A DNA stretch of 52,637 bases. Origin: Nemertoderma westbladi (taxonomy: Eukaryota; Animalia; Xenacoelomorpha). The stretch is taken from assembly GCA_032718475.1 (NCBI GenBank), contig JAUCBJ010007148.1:1-52637 (forward strand), written 5' to 3'. Below are positions 23,627-37,479 of this stretch, one piece after another; within the stretch, counting starts at the first letter, position 1; each line of letters opens with the position of its first letter. The notes beneath the pieces are model-generated. The model had not been told where the DNA came from. It made no database searches and worked only from the letters and a program-made list of their open reading frames with translations. A program made the translations under genes and the position numbers.

Positions 23627-24307
23627 TTATTTATCATTATTATTATTATTATTTTCGCTACGTTTATAGTCAATGTAATATTTAATGTAACAATTATGAT
23701 TACGAAATATATCCGATCTAAATCTTAAATGTTCGGGTGTTTCCTGTCGTAAATCAATTAAGAAATGCGAAAATGGTTCAATAGTCGCATTTTGATAGGA
23801 ATCTACTAAAAATTTGGTCTGCCCAGGTAACATCTGCTTCGCGAAATTTAAAACCGATAGACTGTCTCGCGGATTTTTCATTAATACTAAGGTATGGCTA
23901 TTAATTGATCTTGTGCGGTTATGCTTCCCACCGTAAAACATGTTTTGCGTTATAAAACAAATAAATATATTGGAATGATGAGCTACCTTAGTAAACAATA
24001 CAGTTAAAGCTGTACTGGACTCAGTTTCTGTTAATAAATCATCTATAATTAATAAATCTCGACTATTCACTAAACTATCTATATTTTCTGGCAAACCTTT
24101 GTAAAGGTGAGTAATACCGGGAATAGTCGGGGGATTGCTCCCGTAACAATACAATACTCGCAGGGGGGCTTCGTTGAAACAACCATTCTTGTGTTTAATT
24201 AAATTACTGACAAACGTTGATTTTCCAGAACCAGATGGGCCAGAAATTATCATACTCGTTCCCATTTGAAAGTTTAAATTATATGGACCTGAATTAAAGT
24301 CAGCCAT
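23627..24307 (-). CDS. Packaging ATPase (A32/FtsK-like)
   Basis: Walker A GPSGSGKST, Walker B LLIIDD, HH..ITQN, RSINSH, KNPRD. Confidence 0.95.
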   Translation of the reverse strand: MADFNSGPYNLNFQMGTSMIISGPSGSGKSTFVSNLIKHKNGCFNEAPLRVLYCYGSNPPTIPGITHLYKGLPENIDSLVNSRDLLIIDDLLTETESSTALTVLFTKVAHHSNIFICFITQNMFYGGKHNRTRSINSHTLVLMKNPRDSLSVLNFAKQMLPGQTKFLVDSYQNATIEPFSHFLIDLRQETPEHLRFRSDIFRNHNCYIKYYIDYKRSENNNNNNDK

Positions 24308-24530
24308 TTATTATTATTATTAAGATATATCAACAATACAATATAATATAATATCAATATCAATATCAATAAACCATCACCATTACTATGTATATAACAA
24401 TAATTGATTCAACTACAATATTAGAGTACTGTATATTTAATTAACATATGACACAACTACAGTATGTGACGCTCGCTGCAACAAAAGGTGCTATTTCCAA
24501 TTATAGTATAGACTCATTTTCAATGTAATT

Positions 24531-24983
24531 TCAAGCATGGTGAGCATCTTTATACGCGAAATAATGATAGGTAACATCGGCGGTTTGGATATCACTTCCC
24601 GAGAATTTCGCACTAATGATTTTTTTATGTTCGCTGCTAAAAAAATAAGGAATATAGTAGCAACACCGTCGTACTACATTTCTATAAAAAATATTCTCCA
24701 ATATTGTAAATAAATCTCCTGGATCATTACTTTCCGCAGAAATATAAGTTATATTTCGAAGCTCTTTCCAATAATAGGGTTGATAACTTGCCAACTTTAT
24801 ATTAAACTTAGATATGGGTGCGCGACAAATAGGACAAATTTTAGAACAATAATTATTCATTTCGGAATATTGTACAATACATTGTACGCTAGTTGCATGT
24901 TTATTTTCACATTTATAATATTCTCGATGTTGTTGCAATAACTTAGAATAGCAAACTGGACATTTTTCATTTAAAATATCCAT
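24531..24983 (-). CDS. RING-finger protein (putative viral E3 ligase)
   Basis: CPVC...C..KH..(S)VQC...CPICRAPI; one Zn ligand appears to be substituted. Confidence 0.7.
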   Translation of the reverse strand: MDILNEKCPVCYSKLLQQHREYYKCENKHATSVQCIVQYSEMNNYCSKICPICRAPISKFNIKLASYQPYYWKELRNITYISAESNDPGDLFTILENIFYRNVVRRCCYYIPYFFSSEHKKIISAKFSGSDIQTADVTYHYFAYKDAHHA

Positions 24984-25026
24984 TTTTCCAAATTTTAAAG
25001 TAAATTGAAAATAATTACCTCAATAC

Positions 25027-25027
<1 letters not shown>

Positions 25028-25066
<39 letters not shown>

Positions 25067-25068
25067 AC
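25028..25068. repeat. (ACA)n microsatellite
   Basis: Seen directly. Confidence 0.95.
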
Positions 25069-25190
25069 AAATCTGTTATACTGTATATACAATTACTACT
25101 ACAATTTTCGATTATTTAAAATTTGATGTTTATTTTTCATAATTAAAAACATCAAAATTTTATAAATAATCATAAAATATTTGTAATATA

Positions 25191-26904
25191 GGCACGTTCC
25201 ACGGTAAAGTACGTGACTGTCAGAGACCAATTTTTACATTCTTTTGCAAATTACATATATACAACAGTCTTCATAGAGCATCAACTTGTGATATTCTGAG
25301 AGACAAAGTATTATGTTACGCGTTTAGTATAGAAGCTAAACTTCTTAGTGTAGATGGCATAAGTAATCATCAACCAAACGCAGGTAAAGTACGTGACGCG
25401 CAGAAATTTTAAAATATATTTTTTTTAATGTAAGTCCAAAATCCAGCGAATTGAGCAACTTGAGGTAATAAATGAGTCCACAGCAGCCAAGAGGTAATAT
25501 TGCTGTTTCCAAAACAGCCTTTATTGACATTTCAAACCTAACGCTATTCAGAGAATTTGATGTAAAACAAAGTAAAGTACGTGACATGGCCAAGTAAAGT
25601 ACCTGACCCATGCGATTTCATTCAAATATCCATAACTATTTCACCCCGCTTCCATGCGGCAATATATTTTTACAACACAATTTGGTAACGAAATTAACTA
25701 GAAACAGATTCAATTCTATTTTTAAAGACCGGGTGATTGAAAATAATAATCAAATTTTGATTAACTAATATTAGGGGTAGGCCTACGGTTATTATAGTCC
25801 GTGTTTCGCTATTACACACACTGGAGAGAACATGTATTGTCTTTTTTATTGTGCAGTAGTCGCAGTTCGTATAGCGTGATGGGGGATTGCTTATTCTTGA
25901 TGATGTTGCTACGGCCCTAGCTGTATCTGTGTCGAGGTTACCGCTACGCGCTATGGTACTGGCACGTTTCTAATTAAATAGAACCACTAAGTCTGGGGGA
26001 AAATGTTGCTGTCATCTCATTAACCATTGGCCATGCACGCGTTAGCAATTATTGATAATATTTAATTGGTTGTCTCTGGGGAAACAATAGTTCATAACAA
26101 ATGGACTTATATCACCCCACCCTGATCTGGTAGACATATGTTATATCGTTTTGCAGGCTTCAGTTCCAGGTGGATAGAGTTGTCATCCAATAGACGCCGA
26201 GCTCCAGGTGGCCTGATGGGCAGGATTCACAGTGTGTTATGCGCTGGCACTGCTTAAGTGGTCAGTTATAGTCCATACAACTGTCACTTACTTTTCGAAA
26301 AAATATTTTTATGTCACGTACTTTACGAAAAAATATTTTTATGTCACGTACTTTACGAAAAAATATTTTTATGTCACGTACTTTACCATTGTAAATGTGT
26401 CAAAAGCACAGAATTTTCGAGAAATGTTCAACGCAAAACATGTAAATATACTTTAATATTGTAGATTCCACTTTTAGTTCCCTTGGAGCTAAATTTGACT
26501 TTATAAAATAAAATAATACATATTTTTGGTAAAGTACGTGACATTCAAATTGCCTCATGCAAAAATCAAAAGTATTAGTCAGTCAACTCGTTTTAGATCA
26601 TGAACAACGTGGCATTGCATTCCCAAAATGTATATATTCCATCTGAAAAGACTGAAAATAGCAAAACTGTATTGCATTGTATCAAATTTTCAAAAAACAA
26701 AATGTCTCTAATTTTGAAAAAAAAAATGAAATTTTAACGCACCAGCTACCAGAGCAATTTACGATACTTAAATTTATAAATTTGAGATTCATAGTTTCAG
26801 ATTCGTATTCTGCGATAAATTTAGATCTAGTAAAAGTTCACAAAAGCCAACAATACCTAACTTTTAGAAATGAGCCCTTGGTTGACGTTATCGTGGAACG
26901 TGCC
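25191..26904. mobile_element. Non-autonomous TIR DNA transposon, superfamily unassigned
   Basis: TIR GGCACGTTCCACG(G/A)TAA flanked by TATA on both sides; dispersed AAAGTACGTGAC motifs in both orientations; 30-bp tandem at ~26283-26385. Confidence 0.85.
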
Positions 26905-26964
26905 TATAGAGGGAAAAGTCAAGAATCAATGATATTATCAACATATTCAACACGTTCGTGGGGA

Positions 26965-27568
26965 CTTCGCGCAGCACGTAGTCGGCAAGCCTTGGCATAC
27001 GGTTCATATAGTTCATATAGAGCATGTCTAGTTTGGACCCCATATCCCATGCTATAAATGTATTCATTCGATATATAATCATATGTCAATCCGCTAGGTG
27101 GTGTCAAATTGTTATTCTGCAATTTCGTACTTACCAGTGCAGCACTGTACAGCAGTACCGTACCGGTAGGCCTATGTCATTACTTCTGAGTCTCTAGCGG
27201 ATCCCCAATTAAATGTCTTAACTTTTCAATTTCGTAAAAGATAGACCTCATGATTCTCTACAGGCCACCAAAATTTCAGCTCAGGAAAATGAGGCCTTCC
27301 CGAGAAATTTAACATTTTCTAAAAACCACATAATCTGTCGTAGCTGACGTCAGACTGCATGATTTTTGACCAAACTTTACAAACTTTCTAAACTTTCTCT
27401 CTACTACTTACCTACTAAGTTTGGTTCAATTCCGAACGAGCGATGCCGAGAAATTCGCGTTCAAACATTTACCAGACAGACGGACGGACGGACAGACAGA
27501 CAGACGGACATGCCCCATTTGCCCTATATGAACCATATGCAAAGGCTCGCCGACTACGTGTCTCGCCC
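26965..27568. mobile_element. Short non-autonomous element with ~40-bp inverted ends and a (GACG/GACA)n tract (MITE or Helentron/HINE-like)
   Basis: CACGTAGTCGGCAAGCCTTGGCATACGGTTCATATAG is inverted at ~27523-27560; microsatellite at 27473-27510. Confidence 0.6.
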
Positions 27569-27991
27569 CACATTATCTGTTGATTCTTCAGTTTCGACAA
27601 AGGATTCTTTTGAAATCATTACAATAAAGAAAGACATAATTTCGTAGGGGCTATGCCGATTTAGCCGTATTTCAAACTTTTCACCAGCTTCGTTGTATTG
27701 TGTAATAACAATTAACCCCTCTATCATGGATAATAGTAAGATGTTGATTAATTTTCCCAATTGTCCCTCTTGCTCAACTTTCAGGTTGTAATCTAAGAGA
27801 TGAATACTATTATCAGAAGCACTAATATCAATTGAGCTTAAAACTTTCCTGGCTTTTTCAGAAAACTCAATTTTATATTTATCATCTCCATGACGGTAAA
27901 TTGTATAATCTATAACAATATAGGCTTCACCATCTTCTCCAAAAAATGAATGCCTTACTATTGGCATAACCATATCGGAATCAGAAGACAT
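27554..27991 (-). CDS. Hypothetical protein (145 aa), probably a Polinton accessory gene; 3' end clipped by an insertion
   Basis: ATG in the same ATAATG context as several Polinton genes, same strand, AT-rich; no family recognised. Confidence 0.5.
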   Translation of the reverse strand: MSSDSDMVMPIVRHSFFGEDGEAYIVIDYTIYRHGDDKYKIEFSEKARKVLSSIDISASDNSIHLLDYNLKVEQEGQLGKLINILLLSMIEGLIVITQYNEAGEKFEIRLNRHSPYEIMSFFIVMISKESFVETEESTDNVGRDT

Positions 27992-28728
27992 TATTTAATT
28001 AATTCATTTTATTGTAAATCAAACAAACAAAGTAAAAACTTTTAAACTAAAACCATTACAAATGATTAATTGTGATTAAAGCAAGAGATTATATAAGATA
28101 TTTTCAAAAATAATACAGGTCTTCAACTGAGAAATAACCTAAATTCAGTTTATTGATTGGTTGATTAGCCGGTAGGGAACTACTGTATAATCAACAATAA
28201 TTATTGCGTAATAATAATAATAATCACTAATGCACGTATACGCGTAGTTGGGACGTGGTGGAATTTCATGTATCATACTGCTTGGTTGGTTGGATTGGCG
28301 ACAGCCGTCGAGGAGTAGCGGTAGCTAGCGGTGGGTAAATCATTGAGTTGGCAATCGATATAATATCGGGTGGGGTATATGCGTGTAGATGGCCACGTCG
28401 TTGTTAGTAGTATCATCACATATACAGTATACAGTGAGTGTGGTGGTAGCGTGGCGAAAAGGTGAATAACCGGTGGGCCAGTTAGTTAGTTAGTTAGTTA
28501 GTGGGTAACAGCATTCAGTCAGTCGATCGGTCGGTCGGTCGGTTGATTGAGGTTAGGCTACGCGTAGGTGATAAGCAACGATTGGTTGAAGGCAAAGCAA
28601 CGACGCGAATCAATACTGTTGGTGACAGATGGTCATTAAACACTGCAATTTAGCACCGGAATTTGGCATTTTTAATAGCCCTCCGAGATCTAGCCCATAG
28701 CCCAAGCTAGGGAGGAGTATGCCGAGGT

Positions 28729-31346
28729 CTATGTTTCTCCTACTACTCCTGACTTCCGGATCCATGATCCCAGGTAACAGAAGTCGTCCACATGCTCAAG
28801 CATACCATCCTTTGAGCTTATGCTCATCCGATCAGAGACTTGCTGATGACTTTCAAAGTTAACTGTCAGAATTGCTGTCTTTCTGGAGTTAATAAAAAGA
28901 CCAACACTAGAAGCAGCATGTTCTAATGAGCTGAGGAGCCGCTGGGCTCCCTCTAATGATTCTGAGAGTACTCCTAATTCATCAGCAAAGTCTAGATCAG
29001 TTAGGTACTTGGCAGGATTTCCTCGACTTCTGGAGCCAGTAGGTGGAGTTATCATCACCCCATCATCATTATGATGATCTAAGGACATGCGTAGAACATA
29101 GTCAACCACAATAATGAACAAGAATGGTGCAAGTGTGTCTCCTTGGAGGACGCCCCATAACACTTCAAATGGTTCTGTGTCACCGTCAACAGTAAACACA
29201 AATGTTGTCGAACCATCGTATACTGATCTGATTGCTGCAATAATTTCATCAGGAATCCCATATAATGAAAGTATGCTGAACATACGTGAGCGAGAGACTG
29301 AATCAAAGGCCTTGAAGAAGTCAACAAAGATAACAGCCAGATGCCTGTCTTTCTTTTTTGATAACTCTTCAATTATCCTTCTAAGTGCCAAAATGGGCTC
29401 CATGGTCCCACGACCTTTACGGAACCCATTCTGATTTCCACGTAGCAGTCTCTCAATGGGATCCCTGATGCGATTTAATAGAATTCTATTGTATAGTTTT
29501 GCAGCAATCGAGATCAATGAGACTCCCCGAAAAGAACCATAGAGTGTTAGGTTGCCCTTCTTGGGAACTGGCACCAACTTATTTGTTTTCATTTCTTGTG
29601 GGACTCTTGTTGTACGGTACATGTCTACTATGATGGGATAGATGAGCTTTAAACATTCAGGTATTTTAAAGACCTCAGGGGGAACACCATCTACTCCACT
29701 GGCACGATTGGTCTTAATGCTCTTTGCAGCAGCCTTCACTTCTGCAAAGGAGATATCGCCAATGGGAATATCTGGGAGTACAGACTCAGACACTTTTACT
29801 TCTATAAAGTTATCAGGCAATACCCTGTCATTATTGAGGAGCTTTTCAAAGTGGGCTTTCCAACCATTGAGGCGATCGGCTGGTGATTCAGCCTTAACCT
29901 TGGTGGTTGGTTGGCTTTTCCGCCCAGTAAGCAGATTGATCGATTTCCATGCCTGGGATGATTGCCTGCTGTCGTCAGCATCATTGATGGCATCAACCTG
30001 TTGGTTTATTAGCTCCTGTAGATTAACAGAGTACTGCCTGTTCAGGGACCTAGATGCAGCTTTAACTGCATTCTTGGCCACTGTATTCTGTTTGAGTGGG
30101 ACTCTTTCTGCGCCTTATGAAGGTCATTTCGGCACTTCTGAATTTTGTTGTCAGTCCAGGGGGCCCTTTTCCTGTTTCGAGGGTATACAGGAACTGTTTC
30201 TGCAGCTGCTAACTTAACTGCTTCTGTAAAGGCAGTATAGCCCTCACAGTGATCTGCCGCCTCAGAGGCAAGAACCTCATACCTGTTGCTCAGCTGTAGT
30301 GTGAAGCTGGATCTCACACTTGGCTGTTGCAACAGAGAGGACCAGTCATGCCGTGGCAAGGCAGATTTCGTTGTTCTGCTAGCACGCAGACTAAGTCTTA
30401 CCTTGGCCACAATAAGGCGGTGATTACTGGAGAAGGGTCGAAGTGTAAATGCATTACAGTCTTGTATAGAGCTCCTATATTTCCTACGAAACAGAATATG
30501 GTCTATCTGGGACTTGTGACCACTGGGTCCACTATGAGTCCATAGCTTTCCAGTTCGCTTCTTGAACTGGGTTCCAGCCGAAAACAATCCATTTCCAGAG
30601 ATAAAATCCTGAAGATGGACAGAATTTCGGTTAACACTATTGCTATAGACCCAGGGCGATGTAGGTGATTGATGCAGACTTGCATTAAAGTCTCCCAGGA
30701 ATGTTAAGAATGCATGCTGATCCACTTCATCAGTTGCTGCTTGTAGATTGTGGTAGAAATTGTCCACCTCCTCTACAGGTGCAACACTAGTTGGAGAGTA
30801 GCATACAATCAGAACCACCTTAGGAAACTTCTTAGCCAGTCTTCTAGAACATAAGAAGTGGCAACGGATGATGCGGTTAGAGATTTGGTCTATTTTGTCC
30901 AATGCTGCATGTGCAGTTGGATTCAGCTCACCTTGTCGCATTGGGGACCCGAGTGTTAGGGTGTTTACTGAGGCTAGTCTTGTGACTTGCCTCAGATTCA
31001 CCAATGGCTTTATTGGTCGGGGTGGAACATGAGAGTAGCCTCCAACTCCAGAATCCCTCTCCCCATCACAATCTGGCCTCCCTGGTGACCCAGGGTTTAG
31101 GCCAGAAAGGTCATCAGGAAAGGGACTCAAAGAATTGTTGGCTGCTCTCTCTCCAGTAGGGGGTGAGACAGGCAGTCGGTCAGGAGTTAACTGACGCCTG
31201 TGAGGCCGATTGTGTCCGGTAATACCACTGGCCTCTAGTTGCCGGACCTCCGCATTGCTAATGTAATCCATAGTGGGGGTTGGGGGGTGCTTTTTTTGCC
31301 GAGTCAGCTCTCGGGGCAAATACCACACCCTGGTTTGCCATTCCAC
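28729..31346 (-). pseudogene. APE endonuclease-reverse transcriptase (frameshift ~30070, endonuclease deletion, FADE for YADD)
   Basis: YSPT, LGDFNA, QIDHIL, SNHRL; PKKG, RGVSL, NQNGFR, FVDF.KAFDSV, GVLQGDTLAPFLF, DLDFADE, FCYLGS. Confidence 0.92.
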
Positions 31347-31677
31347 AGGGTGGGTGTCGCAATGGAGTCAGATATGAGGCCCATCACCCATATCTACTCT
31401 GGCGTACATGACCCACCATTGGCTGTTGCAGCTCATCTGCTGGGTCATGCCCTGTACCCTTGCTGCCAGGTGCAGGTCGCAGTGAAGTGCCCTCAGAATG
31501 GACATGAGAACACTCTACTCCTAACCAGCCATTGGTAGATCACCATCTGCCTGGTCAGGCCATATACCCCTGCAGCCAAGTATATGGGTCCTTAATCCAG
31601 GACCAAGGGCGTCCTTATCCCAGAACGAAGGGGGTCCTAGTTACAGGACCAGATTTGCCCTAGTAAGAGGGTCTATG

Positions 31678-34138
31678 TGTTACTACTGTATATGACTGAC
31701 TCTGATTAACTAAATATATACCAGTGTACTGTACTGACTTAGGCCTAGGAGGAGGGAAGGAAGCTTACCGGTACTGCAGTACTGTGAGTGTTACTACGAC
31801 TGATAGGATGTCTGCTCAGTCAGTGTATCTGTGTATTACTACATGATAATATAGTCTATTATAATACTATGATATCAACGGGGATATTACAGTGGATACA
31901 GAGGTCAAAGTCAAGGTAGGAGTATGATTGGAGCCAGTAATAGGGGTGCAGCCAGAGGCGGATCTACTGGTAATCAAAGGTATCCGCGAATTCGGATGGA
32001 CTTTAGGGGCAATGTTACTCGGTGTTTTGTCTGTAACAGTACAACGCATTATGCAGCTGATTGTACAGAGAGAAGTACGGCTTATTGTGCCAATGTTGCT
32101 GATGGGCTTACCAGTAGTGCTGATGCTGACAGAGGGTTGGGTACAGAGAGTGGTGATAATGTTTTTTACTCATTTTTTGGATGTTCGGATAATAAAGATG
32201 GTGATATGGATGTATCAGAATGTTATCTGACAAAGGAAACGTTTTCCTGTGCAGTGATTGACAGTGGGTGTACAAAAAATGTTTGTGGCAGAAATTGGCT
32301 GGACAGGTATAAAGAGACACTTAACAATGACTTGATTAATGAAATGGAATCTAAGCCGAGCTATACACCATTCAAGTTTGGGGTGGGCAAACCCATAACG
32401 GCTTTATTGTGTGTGCGGTTTCCAGCATTTCTAAAACACACAAAGGTGTATATTAACCGCCATGTTGTTGATGCAGATATTCCTTTGTTGTTGAGTAATA
32501 CATCGCTTAGGAAAACAGGAGCTATTATTAAATTTTTGGAGAATACTATTGAAGTTTTTGGCATAAAATTACAGTTGGATATCTCACCCGCTGGGCATTA
32601 TTGTTTGCCATTAAATAACTATAGACGGGCCATATCAGATGTTTCACACAGTAAACCAAATCTGATTTTTAAAGCAACCGCCCTAAGTGAGAAAAGTGAG
32701 TCAGAACTAGGAAAGGATATTGTCAAGCTGCATCGCCAGTTTGCCCATGCAGATGCAGTGAAAATTAAAAGCTTGTTGAGTGATGCAGGTATATTGGAAA
32801 AAAGGATTTCAGATTGTGTTGAAAATGTATGTTCTACATGTGAAGTGTGTCAACGTTATAAAAAACCAAAACCGAGGCCAGTTGTTGGGTTAAGAAGGGC
32901 TCAGGATTTCAATGAGGTTGTTGCAATGGATTTAAAGGTGCTGCGACCAAATGTATATATTTTGCATTTGATAGATTTGGCGACAAAATTTTCAGGGGCG
33001 TGTCTGATTCAGTCAAAACACAAGGAACAGGTTATCAAAGGATTATATAAGACATGGCTGTGGTGCTTTGGTTCACCAGGAAAATTCATGTCGGATAACG
33101 GGGGTGAGTTCGCCAACACATAGGAGACCTGATGTATCATATGATACATGTATGATTAGTGTCTGCATAAAAAATGCTACTGTTGGTGACATTCGTTATG
33201 CGAATAAGATTATCAAGGAGTTGAAATACGAAAAACTGGATCTTATTTTTCCAGACATGGGGAATGTTGAACAATGGCATCTTCAACTATTCACTGATGC
33301 CTCACATGCAAACTTATCAGATGGTTCACAGGGACATGTGTTCCACTGACGTGGCAAAGTAGAAAGCTCCGTAGAGTTGTGAGAAGTACACTTGCTGCGG
33401 AGACGCTCGCTTTGGTTGAAGGGATCGATGCAGGGGAAGAAATTGGAGCGATTATCCAAGATATCCATGGAATTCGACTTCCATTATGTTGTATAATCGA
33501 CAACAAAAGTCTCTATTCGACCGTTCGAACAACCAATGCTATACAGGAGAGAGGATTGCGAATCGATATAGCATTCCTACGTCAGAAAGTGGAACGTAAA
33601 GAATTCTACATCAATTGGACGGATGGAAAGGCGCAACTAGCTGACTCGCTCACAAAAAAGGGAGCATCAAAATATCTATTGAGAGATGTTTTGAGTTCGG
33701 GTATGCTTCCTCAGTCTTCATGGCTAGGATGATCTTAATCTAGAACTTTTCAACATCTAACTATTATCACTATTGAAACTTGAAGGGGGGAGATTGGAGA
33801 TCATTATCATTCATACTGTTGTATATATTTAATCATTATTTGATAATAAACTCTTTACTCTCATTATCATATTTGTCTAGTATATGTTTACTATTGTTCT
33901 AGTTAGGGGGAGATTGTTACTACTGTATATGACTGACTCTGATTAACTAAATATATACCAGTGTACTGACTTAGGCCTAGGAGGAGGGAAGGAAGCTTAC
34001 CGGTACTGCAGTACTGTGAGTGTTACTACGACTGACCGGATGTCTGCTCAGTCAGTGTATCTGTGTATTACTACATGATAATATAGTCTATTATAATACT
34101 ATGATATAAGTATAAGTGTGTTTATTGTTGTATTCACA
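31678..34138 (+). mobile_element. Internally deleted Copia LTR retrotransposon (GalEa-like)
   Basis: LTRs at 31678-31875 (3'-clipped) and 33915-34138 (TG...CA); PPT AGGGGGAGA; TATG duplication; protease-integrase-RT-RNase H order. Confidence 0.88.
31924..33732 (+). pseudogene. pol: Copia gag-pol remnant
   Basis: CFVCNSTTHYAADC; VIDSGCTKNVCG; LHRQFAH..CEVC; VAMDL, SDNGGEF; deletion to RPDVSYD; RNase H FTDAS, STLAAETLAL, QLADSLTK. Confidence 0.9.
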
Positions 34139-34228
34139 TATGCAGCTACAGGTGGCACCTCCTTTATGCTGCATGGAGGTGGCAAGTTTTCTTGATCAAT
34201 GACCTAGAATACCTGACCTGACCTGAGT

Positions 34229-34310
34229 CAGAAACCATAAGTCAAAAACCGTATATAAGTTAAGTGGACTATAAACTGTATCGTCTACAACTTAAGTTAA
34301 GTGGACTATA
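34229..34310. repeat. Left stub of the 28S-derived satellite, separated from the array by a LINE
   Basis: Matches ~41065-41160 and continues at 38897. Confidence 0.85.
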
Positions 34311-34486
34311 TTATTATTATTATCTTTTAATCCACGCCATTAAGGCACATAGTAAAAATAAGTACATAATTAAATTGGACAATATAAATACACAGGTAGA
34401 TGAGTCTAAATAATATGGAGTACATGAAAAGCATAAGTAATATTATTAACTATTAGCACAGCACAACTATATTACAGTAATTAGTG

Positions 34487-37354
34487 TTATTTTACGTAAT
34501 TTAAGTTCAACATTTCACGAATACGCGAAACGCCATGTTGGCGAGAGATAACAGACACACCCCATAGGATGCTATTGTCAATGTTGTCAACCCTGTTGAA
34601 CAAACTCGTAATCGATTTATAACGTAAGTGAATGAATAAAGGTATATTCAGTAGACCAAATGTCAGAGAAATACTAGTGGATTCTCCATCAGTTAGACGG
34701 GGTATTTTAAATAGAAATCTAGCACAATTATTGTATGCTACTCGTAGCTTATTATGTGCACTGTCAGAATAGCTGCACTTTGCCCAGAGCGAGTTGCAAT
34801 ATATGGGGGTGCAATAGGCTCGGAATAAAGCAAGCTTAACTGGTCGGCTGCAATTGCCAAACTTGCGTAGCAACATATTACCACGTGCGTATAAGCTATT
34901 AGTCTGCTTACGGATGTCAAAATCGTCATCTAATGTACAATGTATTAAATGTCCTAAGTAGTTAAATTTATCAACAATATCAAGTTTCACATCATAAAGA
35001 AATACTGCGGACTTAGCGCTGCAGCTTATATCTCTTGGTAAAAAATACATACATTTAGATTTCTTCTTATTGAAAGTCATAGAGTTATTAGAGGCGTAAC
35101 TAACAGCAACATCTATTAACTTTTGTAACCCGTAAATTGAGTTTGACAACAAACAGATATCATCAGCATAACCCAAGTGATTTACCCTGATATTACCCAT
35201 ATAACATCCAACCCCGCTTAATGTTAATTGAATGCTTAAATCATCTAAATAAACATTGAAAAACAAGGGAGACAGAATGCCACCCTGTTTTGTACCATTA
35301 GTCACCGTAAATTTCGGTCAGACAATACCCGCCCAAACAACACACATCAACTGCGACCTATACCAATAAATAATCAGACGCACAATATATAGGGGAATAT
35401 TTCGATCAATAAGTTTGCGAAAAAGTACAAAGTGGTTAACTTTGTCAAAAGCTTTGCTGGCGTCCAGCATACACACATAAACGGGTGTGTTCTTACTTAA
35501 ATAATAATTGAGAATCTCTTTTAGGGCATATACGCAGGTTTCAGTGCCTAGCTTCGACTTGAAGCCAAACTGGTTATCGGTAGTGTACAGTAGGGATAGA
35601 CACCTATGTAAGATAACATTTTCTAAAATTTTACTGAGGACTGTAGCAATTGAAATACCTCTATAATTATCCTTAGACGTGTGGTCATCATTCTTATCCT
35701 TAATTAACGGAATTATAATAGATTCCATCATACCAATCGGCATGTAACCGTGGACAAAAATACCAGTAAAAATAATAGATAGAATATTTAACAAAGAAAC
35801 ACAACAGCCATTTATAAAGTGTTCCGCCAGAAGGCCATCTGGGCCAACGGCCTTGCCTCGAGACAGATTATTAATCGCCATAAATGTTTCAACAGGAGAT
35901 ACAATATTATCAGCACCAAAAACGGTTTCCTTCAAACGACTGTGTACAAACTCTCGACTGGAGTCGTCTTTAACACTATTTAGTAGATCATCAAAATGTG
36001 ATTTCCACATATCGCAGATTTCCCCTGGCCCATTTGCATCACCTACCCTGCTAGGGAGTGGAGCAAAATCGCACGCTTGTTTATGAACCCCAGACCAAAA
36101 TTCATTACTGCTAGTGCCTTTAATAAGGGCATTTGCGAGTTTTTCCTCTCGAAATTTTTGTTCATTACGTTTACATTCCCGAAGAGACCGTTTAAATTGT
36201 GCTTTGCTGCACAGGTATTTCCTATGAATTTCACCATCCCTTGGAGATCCAATAGACCGCCAAGTTTTAAGCCATTTTCTGGACTCCTCGTATTTATCTT
36301 TTACAACATCATTCCAGCCAGGAATGTGGGGGGCAGTGTTACTTTTAGTTTTCCGTGGACTAATAGTAGCATTACCACATGTTAGCAAAATATGCACCAG
36401 GTTATTATACAATTCATCTATATACTTCTTATGAGTTTCACAGTTTGTATCATTGCACACAATAAATGACTCATCAATTGGAAAAAATTCTAAAAGTTGA
36501 CGAACCTTAATGAGATAGTTATTAATTTGCAAAGGTGTGGCGTGTTCCCAATCCAGAGTATTACACGATTTATGTTGCTGAGCAGGAGTGCCGCCAGCAC
36601 TTTGTCCATTAACTGTGCCACATATAGACACACTGATAGGAATATGGTCCCTAACACTAATATCGTAGTTCACATTGATGTTTTTTATCAGCTCAATAGC
36701 AGATTGGGAACATACAACATGATCCAGCCACGATGTTGACGAATGTGCGTCACTTACGTAAGTAAACGTATTGGCTGGCAATAACACTGTATCAATAATA
36801 GACAGATTTAACTCACTGCACCATTCAGATAGATAATTATAGAATAATCTGCCTGGGTTGGCGTTAAAATCACCGAAAATCAACAAATGAGAATGAGGTA
36901 CAGATTCATAAATGGCCTTTAGGCTCCCAAGACAATTACTATAAAGGTCATCATTATCAGGGCATTCATATGGCATATAAACATTAAGAATTAATAAAAT
37001 ATCATTATTATTCAACTTAACAGTTATACCAAAAACCCTATCATTACCTGTTTTAATTATAGCGGTAGAGTGCGCTATGGATTTTTTCCAAAGTATACCG
37101 ATACCCCCAAAGGGCCTGCCAACTAATATCTGACTAGATAGATCAACGGGTGACGTACCAAAAGCATTGTAGTTAGGGTGTATATTAGACAAAAATGACA
37201 ACTCCTGCTTAGGGAGCATTAGTTCTTGCAGTAATAACAAGTCACACCCATTATTACAAGCATCATTAATTACATGTAGTGAGTGCAAATTTCTAACAGA
37301 CCCACAGTTATACGAAACAAAACTTAGGTTGAGGTTAAAGCTTTCATCCGCCAT
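34487..37354 (-). pseudogene. ORF2 APE endonuclease-RT with a single in-frame TGA at 35318-35320
   Basis: SYNC, LLLQE, GRPFGG, NVYMP, GDFNA, WLDH; NYRGIS, QFGFK, LDASKAFD, QGGILSP, GYADD, YLGH. Confidence 0.93.
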
Positions 37355-37479
37355 TGTTAAGGTTGGAAAGTTTCAGAATAAGACATTGATTAAAGAAAGA
37401 AATATAAACATTTTATAAAAAAATATATATATAGACCTATTTATACATAAAATAATACAAATGATACAACAATTATAGT

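Larger units (their letters stand above)
4529..28000 (-). mobile_element. Degenerate Polinton/Maverick (adintovirus-like) endogenous element, interrupted by nested TEs; boundaries approximate
   Basis: Co-oriented, tightly packed, AT-rich, intronless hallmark genes: ATPase, integrase, two pentons, MCP and adenain. TIRs and PolB were not found. Confidence 0.9.
28729..34227 (-). mobile_element. RTE-clade LINE, 3'-truncated, with a Copia nested in its 5' region
   Basis: APE-RT ORF with an RTE-like layout. The sequence resumes beyond the Copia (TATG duplication) up to a (TCAGG)n end near 34227. Confidence 0.8.

Noticed and set aside
3960-28620. Polinton terminal inverted repeats
   Set aside because: Only complementary microsatellites (TAAC/GTTA) were seen, with no extended inverted match or AGT-repeat terminus.
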